Of a stretch of 64,000 bases of DNA, positions 1 through 10,367 are shown one piece after another. The stretch is from the NCBI RefSeq assembly GCF_030028105.1, contig NC_092393.1, forward strand, positions 29,985,248 to 30,049,247, in the 5' to 3' direction. This DNA is from Mobula birostris (Eukaryota). Below the pieces are notes generated by a model that saw nothing but the letters and a program-made list of their open reading frames with translations, did no database searches and was not told the DNA's origin. Made by a program: the position numbers and the translations under genes. The number at the start of each line of letters is the position of its first letter. Position 1 is the stretch's first letter.

Positions 1-409
1 ATCTTGTTGCAAAAAAGTTATAAACTTCCAGGCCTAAGCAAGACCCCACAAGTGAGACCTCAGCAGTTTGTTGCTCCTTTTCTGTACCTCAGAGAGACAT
101 AAATTTCCTCTATTAAAATGTCCTTCGAATATAGGTTCCAGCTGTAACTTTTGTTGCTAGTTTAAAATGTGTTTACGGTGTAAATCGCATAGTTACATGA
201 GGCGCACAAGGAATATCCTGGGAAATCCCATTCATGCAAAGCGAACAAAAACTGAAAAAAAATCTGGTAGTTTGTGGCTCCATATGACCAAACGGCAACG
301 ACACTAACAATAGGTGCATCTTAAGAACAAAATTCTGGCCCAGTTTTACAGCAATTTACAGAAAGCATGAATTTAATGGCCTTTGTCTTCCCCATACAGT
401 GTATTTTAC

Positions 410-550
410 CTGATTGAGGTCAAGCACAGTTAAAAACTCCTGGTATTGCTGGGCAATCCGCGAACCTTCCGTGGGCGTCACGCAATTTTCACAAGCCAGG
501 CAGTCAGTAAGGAATATTTTTGCATTCGCCAACTTATGAAATTCGCTTTC
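410..550 (-). CDS. NARF: NARF coding exon 3
   Basis: 141 nt, DCLACENC motif, acceptor TTCAAAG|GAA, donor CAG|GTAAAA. Confidence 0.93.
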
Positions 551-892
551 CTTTGAAAGAATAAAAACAAACATTTAGTAAGCACGAATCAAACATTTAC
601 CATTGAAGTATTTTTCTCCCCCACCCCCCCGCTCGGTGTGTTACCTCGTCTATATCACTGGTGCTTGAGCTTTTCCTGTCGATGACCAGACGTTCGTTTT
701 CGTCATTTATCCGTTTTTTACTACATTCCTGGATTAAAACATCAGCCGTTGTCAATAACAACACTCAGCTTGCTAGAAACCACATGCCTACGCATTGTTA
801 CAATGCACATATAGGGAAGGAATAACATTTTAAAAACTAACCAAGGACAAAGGATTTTTATTTACCTTCTTAGTGCATTTGTCACACTTCAT
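410..892 (-). CDS. NARF: Nuclear prelamin A recognition factor (iron-only hydrogenase-like protein 2), 5' part; join complement(866..892,645..728,410..550); continues beyond left edge
   Basis: Spliced translation MKCDKCTKK|ECSKKRINDENERLVIDRKSSSTSDIDE|ESEFHKLANAKIFLTDCLACENCVTPTEGSRIAQQYQEFLTVLDLNQ matches the vertebrate NARF N-terminus (MKCxxCTxKEC; KLAxAKIFLxDCLAC Fe-S motif). All introns GT-AG, phase 0; synteny with CYBC1. Confidence 0.93.
645..728 (-). CDS. NARF: NARF coding exon 2
   Basis: 84 nt open frame, acceptor ATCCAG|GAA, donor GAG|GTAACA. Confidence 0.88.
866..892 (-). CDS. NARF: NARF coding exon 1 (MKCDKCTKK)
   Basis: ATG at 892, donor AAG|GTAAAT after 866. Confidence 0.9.
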
Positions 893-1244
893 GTCGAGGG
901 AATGACGTTCGCCTTCCTCTCCCCCTTTCTACTAGAATGCGTACAGTTACGGTTCTACCACCCTGGCGACACAAAGAGACTGTTTTGAAGTTGAGAAGAA
1001 CGCAATCGGGAGTTCGCTCCCGAGGCTCGACGCTGTCTGCGGGATGTTTCAGGACGAGCCTCTCGCTTACACACACACACACCGGGCCAGCGGCTACAGT
1101 CTCGCCGATAACCCCCAGGGATAATCAAGGCCATTTTCAAAATGAAACCACAGCTAACTACATTCAAGCAGTCCATACCAATGACACTCCCGTCCGTGGT
1201 AACAACCATTCTTCGGGCACTTACGAACTATTCCAATAGACAGC

Positions 1245-1356
1245 CTAACACACACACACACACACAAAATCCTGGAGCACCACAGCAGGTCAGGCAGCAT
1301 GCATGAGGAGGAATAAAGAGCGGACTTTTTCGGGCCGAGACCCCTCATCAGGACTC
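1245..1356 (-). mobile_element. Penelope-derived terminal fragment with degenerate hammerhead motif
   Basis: Minus strand GAGTC-CTGATGA-GGGGTCTCGGCCC-GAAA...ATGCTGCCTGACCTGCTG, the same 3' end as the Penelope copy at 3247-5165. Confidence 0.7.
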
Positions 1357-1859
1357 GGCCGTCGCCTCAGACAGCCTACGCCGTTTATTACCAGACAACA
1401 ACCAGCAGACAAACGCCAAGGATTAAGGACTTCTCCCGCATATCAAGCAGGGTTCGCTTCCAGTCTCATGCTCCTCTCGTGGACGGGACCCCCCCTTCCC
1501 CGAGAGCGGTGTCACTCCGCCCGGCACAGGATCACCCTGAGCCAGTCTGCCGCAGGAACGCCCCGCAGACACACTAGAACCGCCTCCTCGCTCAACGACA
1601 TTACGAACCTGACACACCGCACGTATCTGGGAACAGTACACATGTGGGGGCTCATCTGCTCCAACATCCTCCACTACTGACTTCACCCCTTCTGCACCCG
1701 AAAAACAATAATTTTTTTTTAAAAAACAGTTTGAATTTAGAGCTTTGTTTCACTTTCATTCAGTTCGTAGAAACAAACGAGTTCAAACTAAAGCGCCCGA
1801 ACTATTTACTATTTATTTTAAAGCCCAATTTCCTACAAAAGTAACACTTCCAATCCCAA

Positions 1860-2160
1860 CTCTGACCTCCGGTTGGCTATCATGAGAGATACTAACCGTA
1901 AGTTGACACAACTGCGGAACCGGCCCAGCTACCTGCGAATACTGCGCTCTGTTATTCATTTCTCTGTTGATTGCAGTGGGTGGAGGGAGGGAAACGAAGT
2001 TAATGCGTCCTTCTCATTGGGTAGCAGGCTTCCGGAGGCGGGTCCTAACCCAAACCAATGAGAGAGCGGAGATCTTCAAGCGAGAAGAGGAAGAAATCAT
2101 TCTGAAACTTGCTCGCCTTCCTGGTGAGGCTCACGAGGAAGAGCTGCAGATCTGATGGTA
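1860..2160. promoter_or_regulatory. Probable bidirectional NARF/CYBC1 promoter with flanking non-coding first exons
   Basis: CpG-enriched; CCAAT boxes (ATTGG ~2016, CCAAT ~2055) and ETS-like CTTCCGG ~2029. Candidate minus-strand donor GAG|GTCAGA at 1867; candidate plus-strand donors CTG|GTGAGG (2123) and ATG|GTATGA (2157). Confidence 0.55.
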
Positions 2161-3204
2161 TGACTTTATTCCTCTAAAACCAGAAATATTTTCAAAGGCA
2201 AGGATACAATTTCATAGTTATAATGCCGGTCGTTGTTGCTTTAGATGTGTTTTCTAACTAGAAGTTTCTGAAACTGATAACATGCCATTTAATAGATGCG
2301 CTACAAAGCAAATTTCAATTAAGATATTTGTTACTTTCTTATTCTAAAATGTGTTTTTAAACTGTACTGATTTTTCTTCAACGCTTGCATGTTTAAGATA
2401 TCTAATTAAGTGCTTTGCTATTAAGTGTTGCGTCTAAATCTCAAGTAGTTCTGATTTTAGACTTTTTCCCCCAACAGTAAGTTATACCGCAAAAACGCCC
2501 CTTTTGGAATCCCTTGCCCAACACCCTTCCGTCTCAACAAACCAGGAAAGAAGAATTATAATTGCGAATGTTCTAAGCGTGTTATCTTTAACAGCAGAAT
2601 TGTCATGATGGGGTCAGATTAGGCATAAAAAAAAACAGAAAAACTGGAAGCACTCAGAAGATCAGGCAGTTTCTGTGGAATGAGATTGAGTGAACGTTTC
2701 AGTTGGAACACCTGTTATCAGAACCTGACTCCTAGAGGGTACGTTTATTAAACTCTGAAGACGTTCCGTGCCGTGGGGGAGCAGCGAACGCTTAGATTTT
2801 ACTGATTTAATTGTTCACCGATATTGCTGCCCCACCCCATATCTCATCCTTTGTGTTTCCCTCATACACTCATTAAAGGACCATCAGCGGCAGATTACTG
2901 GAAGTTACCAACACTCTTTGGGGCCACAATACAAGGAGGATGGCCACAAAGCATTAAAAATTGATGTATAATATACACCAAACAAGAATTAGGAATTAAG
3001 TTGAAACGACTGCATGAAATTCAGCATAAAATATTAAATTTCATTAGATGTAAATACAACGCGATTGGAAGTGACTTCTAAGATTGAAATACTCAGATGA
3101 AAGACTGGAGATACAAAGTGGTGGAAGAGGTGGACCATGAGGTGCTTTGATGCATTAAAGGATAGACTAATGGTCCATGGGGAATTTATAGGCGCATTGA
3201 TCTC

Positions 3205-5995
3205 TCTCTGTCTGGCTATCCATCCCATAGGATGATGATGGTTCCTCAGCAGGTTGGGCAGCATCGGTGGAAACTATCAGTCAACATTTTGGGCTGGAAC
3301 CCTTCGTTGGGACTGAAGAGGGAGGGGGCGGAGGCCCTGTAAAGAAGGTGGAGGGGGGAAGGAGAAGGCTGGTAGGTTCCAGGTGAAAAACCAGTAAGGG
3401 GAAAGAAAAGGGGGTGGGGGAGGGTAAGCAGGGAGGGGATAGGCAGGAAAGGTGAAGAAGGAATAGGGGAAAACACAATGAGTAGTAGAAGGAGGTGGAA
3501 CCATGAGGGAGGTGATAGGCAGCTGGGGGAGGGGGCAGAGTGACATAGGGATAGGGGAGGGGAGGGGGAGGGAATTACTGGAATTTGGAGAATTCAATGT
3601 TCATACCAAGGGGTTGGAGACTACCCAGATGGTATATGAGGTGTTGCTCCTCCAACCTGAGTTTAGCCTCATTATGGCAGTAGAGGAGGCCATGTATGAA
3701 CATATCCGAATGGGAATGTGAAGCAGAGTTGAAGTGGGTGGCAACCGGGAGATCCTGTCTGTTTTGGCGGATGGAGCGGAGGTGCTCGACGAAGCTGTCC
3801 CCCAATCTGCGTCGGGTTTCACCGATGTAGAGGAGGCCGCACCGGATGCAATAGAAGACCCCAACAGACTCACAAGTGAAGTGTTGCCTCACCTGGAAAG
3901 ACTGTTTGGGGCCCTGAATGGTGGCAAGAGAGGAGGTGTAGGGACAGGTGTAGCACTTACGCTTACAGGTATAAGTGCCAGGTGGGAGATCCGTGGGGAG
4001 GGACGTGTGGATCAGGGAGTCGCGGAGGGATCAATCCCTGCGGAAAGTGGAGGGGGTGGAGAGGGAAAGATGTGCTTAGTGGTGGGGTCCTGTTGAAGGT
4101 GGCGGAAGTTGCAGAAGATAATGTGCTGGATCTGAAGGCTGGTGGGGTGGTAGGTGAGGACCAGGGGAACTCTGTCCCTGTTATGGTGGTGGGAGGATGG
4201 GGTGAGGGCTGAAGTGCAGGAACTGGAGGAGATGCGGGTGAGGGCATCATTGATGATGGCAGAAGGGAAAACATGATCCTTAAGGAAAGAGGACATTTGA
4301 GATGTCCTGGAACTGAAAGCCTCATCCTGGGAGCAGATGTGGTGGCGATGGAGGAACGGGAATAGGGAATGGCATTTTTGCGTGTGGCGGCGTGGGAAAA
4401 GGTAGAGTTGAGGTAGTTATGAGAGTCAGTGGGCTTGTAGAAGATGTCAGTGGACAGTCTGGAGACCGAGAGATCGAGAAAGGGGAGAGAAGTGTCCGAG
4501 ATAGACCAAGTGAATTTGAGGGCTGGGTGGAAGTTTGGAGTAAAGGCGATGAAATTGACGAGCTCAGCATGGGTGCAGGAAGCAGCACCAATGTAGTCGT
4601 CAATGTAGGGAAGGAAAAATTGGGGAGTAGTACCAGAATAGGTTTGCAGCACAGACTGTTCCACATAACCAATGAAGAGGCAGGCATAGCTGGGGCCCAT
4701 GCGAGTGCCCATAGCTACACCCTTGGTCTGAAGAAAGTGGGAAGAGCCAAAAGAGAAGTTATTAAGTGTGAGTTCCAGTTCCGCCAACTGGAGGAGGTTA
4801 GTGGTGGTGGGAAACCGGTGAGGTCTATTGTCCAGAAAGTAGCGGAGGGCTTTGAGGCCTTCTACCCATTGTGTTTTCCCCTATTCTTTCTTCACCTTTC
4901 CTGCCTATCACCTCCTTGCTTCCCCTCCCCCCACCCCTTTATCTTTCCCCATACTGGTTTTTCACCTGAAACCCACCAGCCTTCTCCTTCCCACCCTCCC
5001 CCACCTTCTTTATAGGGCCTCTGCCCCTTCCCTTTTCAGTCCTGACGAAGGGTTCCGGCCCGAAACATTGACTGATCGTTTCCACAGATGCTGCCCGACC
5101 TGCTGAGTTCCTCCAGCTTGTTGTGAGTGTTGGTTTGACCCCAGCATCTGCAGAGTATTTTGTGTTGATGGTTCCTTTCAGTCAGTTAGTGCGGTGGTAC
5201 CCCACTCCTCAGAAAGGAACAGCGTGTGCGAGAGTGGATTTTAGCTGAGTAGGGGGTTGCACAGGTCCAGACCCACCCTCTCAACATCCCCTCCTGGATC
5301 CAGTGGCATGGTGGGGTCCAAGACAGCTGGGGGAAGCTCTGTTGCAGTGAATGGGCAGACCAAGCTTCGATGCAAGGGATGCCCTTTCCGCGCTTCACGG
5401 CACATGTTTGCTAGATGGCGGTAGACCCTATAAGAGGGTTCATCCACCCTTTGATAGGTCTTGTTTTTTGTCCTGCAGGGTGTCTAGCCACCCTCCTCAC
5501 CAGGCAAGCCTGGTGGGGGAGCTGGTTTCGTCTCCGACCACCTGACTATGCGACAGGTAGTACTGGGTCACATGGTACCAGTAGCACTCAGATGAGTGAC
5601 CTGACCAGATGTATTGATCTAGAATAAGGGCGGCATGGTGGCGATGCGTCCCCACCAAAGGAGGTGTAAGATGCTTCTTCCCTCTGCTAGCCTGCAGGTC
5701 ACCCTTGTGCAAGGTGTAGCACCTGCTTAGCCCTCCCGATCAAGGTCACATGAAGCCAGGGGAGCAGGTGGTGGGTGGTCCTATCCACTGGTGTATATCA
5801 CGGGTCCTGGCTGTGCAACGACTGACGCGGGGCAGACAACCTCTGAAGCATATTGATAGTCACTCGTCTTGTAAAGACACTGTCCAAAAGAAGGCAATGG
5901 CAAACCACTTCTGCAGAAAATATTGCTAGGAACACTTGTGGCCACGGATCGACCATGACTGCCTACGCCATACGACATGGCACATAATGACGATA
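3205..5995 (+). mobile_element. Non-autonomous RTE-type retroposon split by the Penelope insertion (3205-3246 + 5166-5995)
   Basis: Sequence rejoins across the TSD; ends in CATACGACATGGCACATAATGACGATAA short-repeat tail typical of RTE-clade 3' ends. Family assignment is recall only. Confidence 0.45.
3247..5165 (-). mobile_element. Penelope-like retroelement (5'-truncated RT + GIY-YIG endonuclease) with inverted terminal repeat copy
   Basis: RT motifs QTKGVAMGTRMGPSYA and YIDD (ORF 3963..4787); GIY-YIG VFYCIRCGLLYIGETRRRL...EH (ORF 3575..3892); frameshifted. 4861-5165 is an inverted copy of the 3' end. 11-bp TSD TGATGGTTCCT at 3236-3246 and 5166-5176. Confidence 0.9.
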
Positions 5996-6464
5996 ACGTT
6001 CTGGAATAATTTCCTTTAAAGAGTACTACAGTGAAATACCACAGCTTTGTCCATGAGTAGCACTTGTACAGTAACATTATAAATGATCTGGATGCACTTT
6101 ACATGTGAGTAAATGGAAGGAACAGCAGGCCTATGGAAATATTGTTGAAAAGATACTTGTTTAAGAGGCCGTCAAAGGAAAGACTGATGGCTTAGATAAT
6201 AAATTGTAAAGCCTAGTTACCTAAAAAATGGAAAACAGTGAGGACTGTTGGAAAAGGAAGAATTGCATGAGATTAAAGTCGGAGAGAAATACAGCATTGA
6301 AACTGGCCCTTCAGCCCACTGAGTCTATGCCAGCCACTTACACTAATCCCATTTTATTTTCCCTGTATTCCGATCCATAAGATATAGGAGCAGAAGTAGG
6401 CCATTCGGCCCATCGAGTCTGCTCCACCCTTCAATCATCTGCTGCCATATTCCACCACTCACTT

Positions 6465-6635
6465 ATACACTAAGTTACAGTGGCCAATTAACTGCACATC
6501 TTTGTGATGTGCACAGAGACTGGAGTAACCAGGTGGCATTTGCATAGGGAGGGTGTGCAAACTCCACATAGACAGCACCAAGAGTCAGGATTGAACCTGG
6601 GTCAGTGGAACTAAAATACTGCAGCTGTACTGCCT
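6465..6635 (-). mobile_element. tRNA-derived SINE
   Basis: Minus strand GACCCAGGTTCAATCCTG B-box head followed by the body shared with other SINE copies in the window. Confidence 0.6.
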
Positions 6636-7419
6636 GCTTACAACTACAGGACCATAAGGAATGATGGTCATCATTGCATAATCCTATGAATACATGTTTG
6701 TAAATGAGCACTTAATGAGGAAAATGCAGTGGCTAGCTACAGTAATGCTCCAGCAATCTGGCACTCTGGTAATGACGGATAAGCAGATTTTCCTGATTAT
6801 AGATGTAACATCTATTAGCAACCCAAATTATTTTAATTTCACTAAGTTTATTGGTTACACAGTAATATATGAAATTTTACAGTAAAGCTTTAGGTGTCAT
6901 TAGTCTAAGTAGTTCAGCGCAATTTTGTGGGCCAAAGGGCCTTTTCTGTGCTGTGTTGTTTGGTGTATTATGTATGTTCTAAGCCAGTAAATTCAAAAGT
7001 AACAGGCAAGCACTTATGAGGAAAGCACTTTGGTCTTTAGCTTCGGAAACTGACCCATGTTTCTTACCCCTGGTATCCTGGGTTCCAACCCCAGGGCTCA
7101 GTGCACACCCCGCCCAAAGTACGGACCCTGCCCTACCCGCGATCTGCATGGCTGGCTCCGACTGCACATCCTGCTTGCATTCTGAACCTCACTCTCATGA
7201 TCTGGACTAGAAACTGAACCCAAAGCTGGACCAGCTGGATTTCCAAACAATTGGATGCTGAATTATTGGAGTTTTATTTGGTGCAGGGTTCCAAAAGGTT
7301 TTTTAGCAAGTGTCATGCAATAGGCTTTTCAACAAGATTGAGGTCCATGGAATAAAATGGGCAATAGCAGTGTGAGTAGAAGTTTGCTTAATGGTTAGGA
7401 ATTAAATTAGAAAGCACAA

Positions 7420-7776
7420 TTAGAAAGGACAGGATGCACCCAGCCAACACACTTTTCGTCCCTCTTCCCTCCGGGAGAAGGCTCAGGAGCTTGAAGACTC
7501 ATATGGCCAGATTTGGGAACAGCTTCTTTCCAACTGTGATAAGACTGCTGAACGGATCCTGACCCGGATCTGGGCCGTACCCTCCAAATATCCGGAGCTG
7601 CATCTTGGTTTTTTTGCACTACCTTACTTTCCCTTTTCTATTTTCTATTTATGATTTATAATTTAAATTTTTAATATTTACTATCGATTTGTACTCCAGG
7701 GAGCGCAAAGCACAGAATCAAATATCGCTGTGATGATTGTAAGCTCTCGTATCAATTGTTTGGCGACAATAAAGTA
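7420..7776 (+). mobile_element. Rex1/Babar-like LINE 3' fragment
   Basis: [15 protein letters not shown]...RFGNSFFPTVIRLLN-type C-terminal coding remnant plus AATAAAG tail. Confidence 0.55.
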
Positions 7777-7869
7777 ATATTGAAGTAATTAAGATATATA
7801 TGAGAAGTTTGGAGATGTAGGTGATAGTTTGTTTAAGAAGTGGTGAGGTAGAATAAGAAAAAAATGAAG

Positions 7870-9420
7870 TATACAGGCCCCATGGATGGAGTACAAGATA
7901 AAGGAAGTCATAATGATCTTTACAACTCTGGTTTGGCCACAACTGGAATATTGTATCCAGTCTCGGGTGTCACACTTCAGAAAAGATCCAAAGGCTTTAG
8001 AAAGGGTGCAGAAGAGATTTTCTGAAATGATTCTAGAAATAAATGAGTTTAATGTTATAGGTAGACTGAAGGAACTATTGTAGTTCTAAGTGAAACAGCT
8101 GTGACTCCAAGAGGATCTGTAGCAGTATTTATAATCATGAAGTGTTTTAGAGAGTATGAAGAGTAGAAAGAGTTCACAGAGTGCCCATGAACCTGGGAAT
8201 GGAGAATGGAAGTGATTGACAAAATAACAGCAGAGGTCTGAGTATGGGTCCTGGTGGAACACCACTAGTCGCAAACCTCCAGCTGAAAGAAAGTCCCATT
8301 GAGTACTGCCCTCTGTTTTCTATGGGCAACCAATTCTGAATCCAAACAGCCAATTCACCATGGATCCAATACACTTAATCTAGTAGATAATTCAATGCCT
8401 TACTAAAATCTGCACAAAGTCAAGTTCCTAATTAGACTATCATTTGCCTAGCGCTCATAAATCTTATTTCTAAGAATCCTCTCTAGTAACTGACATGAGA
8501 CTTAGCAGTCTATAGTTTCCAGAATTATCTCTTCATGAATAATGGAATACCATTAACTAATTGCTTGTCCTCCAGGACTCACCTGTGGCTAGAGGGGACA
8601 CAAAGATCTTGTTGAGGCCCCAGCAATCTCATCTGTTGCCACTCTCAATAACCTTGGGTATAGCCCATCAGGCCTTGGGGCTTAGCCACTTTAGTATTCC
8701 TCTAGAGGCTCAAAACTATCTTTTTTATCTTGAAATGCCCCAGCAAAGTAGCATTTTCCACACTGATCTCCTGATACTTAATGTCCTTTCCCTTGGTAAA
8801 TCCTGATGCAAAGCACTCAATTAGAACTTCACCCACATCCTCCACCTCCGAGCACACATTCCCTCCTTCATTCATGAGTTGTCTTTATGCTCCCTAATTA
8901 TCTTCTTGCTCTTGATATATGTATAGAATTCCTTGGGATTCTCTTTGATCCTACTTGTCAAGGACATTTCATGGGTCCTCCTGACTTTCCTAATTCCCTA
9001 ATATGAGTTCTTTAATGGCTTCTTTACAATCCTCGAGTTCAGTTTGATTACAGCTTCCTGAACTTTATATGCATTTCCTCTTTCTCCTTATCTAAATTCA
9101 CCACCTCTCTCAATGTCCAAGGTTCTCTTACCTTGCTATCCTTCTTGTTGGAATATACTTGTTCCATACTTGGTGCAGTTTGGCTTTAAATGTCCTCCAC
9201 TTGTTAGATGTGGACTTGCATGACACAGCTGTCCCCAATTGACTCTCCCTAGTTCCAGGGCCATGGTTCCTGAGTGTGTGTGTTAGGGTGGGGGGTGGAA
9301 AGTTGGTAGTATAATACCATCAGATTGGTAGTACCTTTCTTATTTTTGCATTTTCACCCACATAGACTCACAGATGAGCCTTCCGTTATGTCCCCACTGA
9401 GTGCATCTGTGATAATGCCT
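7870..9420. mobile_element. Degenerate CR1 LINE fragments (plus 7870-8170; minus 8170-9420)
   Basis: TLVWPQLEYCIQ...LERVQKRF; on the minus strand IHGELAVWIQNWL and SGVPPG RT remnants. Confidence 0.65.
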
Positions 9421-10279
9421 TTCTGGTTTCACTTCTGTGAAGAGCTATAGAAATAGTTTTTCAAATTGAATGTAAGATGACTTGATAGTTACATTAACTG
9501 TTGGTTATACAGCTTTTGAACCTGTGAATCTGTTCTAATATTTAGAGGAGTAACTTATGACAGCAAAATCTGAATTGTGTTTTTTGGTATAAATCTCTCA
9601 AGTTATCAATGCAATTTTTTAGATTAGATTATGAAGACATGCAGTCCTCTTTTATTGTCATTTAGTAATGCATGCATTAAGAAATGATACAATATTTCCT
9701 CCGGTGTGATATCACAAAACACAGGACAGACCAAGACTGAAAAAAAACTAACAAAACCACATAATTATAACATATAGTTACAACAGTGCAACAATATCAT
9801 AACTTGATTTCTTGATAAATGCAGCCTACCTTATTTATCTTGCATAATAGCATGTTCAATTAGCATTCAAAAGAAGGTGAATCACTCCCCTTTGCAATAT
9901 CAATGATATCCATAACATAATGTATTAAAATGTTGTGGGCAAAGAGTTAAAAGCATTGAGTAATGTTGGTTAAACCTGTACTTATTAACAAGGACATCTT
10001 CCTCAACAGCAAAATAGTCTCAGATACATTAGCTGTATCATCAACACTGGTTTACTGGAAACACATACCACTTCTCCAAATCCAGTACATATTGGATTAC
10101 CTTATAATAGCTACAAAAGAGACATTTGCTATCAGTGGAGCATTTAACATCTTTGGCAATGCTCTTTGCTGCATCTTATTTTCAAGTGTGTATTACACTG
10201 TCATTTTGTGGTTCATTACAGGTCCGTTGAAAGCATTGCCAATTTATATTCCACACACTGAGTATTGTTGCTTATTAAG

Positions 10280-10367
10280 ATGGCATACATGACTGTGGAG
10301 AAGAAAACAGATTCAATCCTGCACCTTACGAGGTCTCCTGGTATTAGATCATGGTCTGTGTTAGTTG
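10280..10367 (+). CDS. CYBC1: CYBC1 coding exon 1
   Basis: TAAG|ATG start, SPGIRSWS motif, donor G|GTAAGT. Confidence 0.94.
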
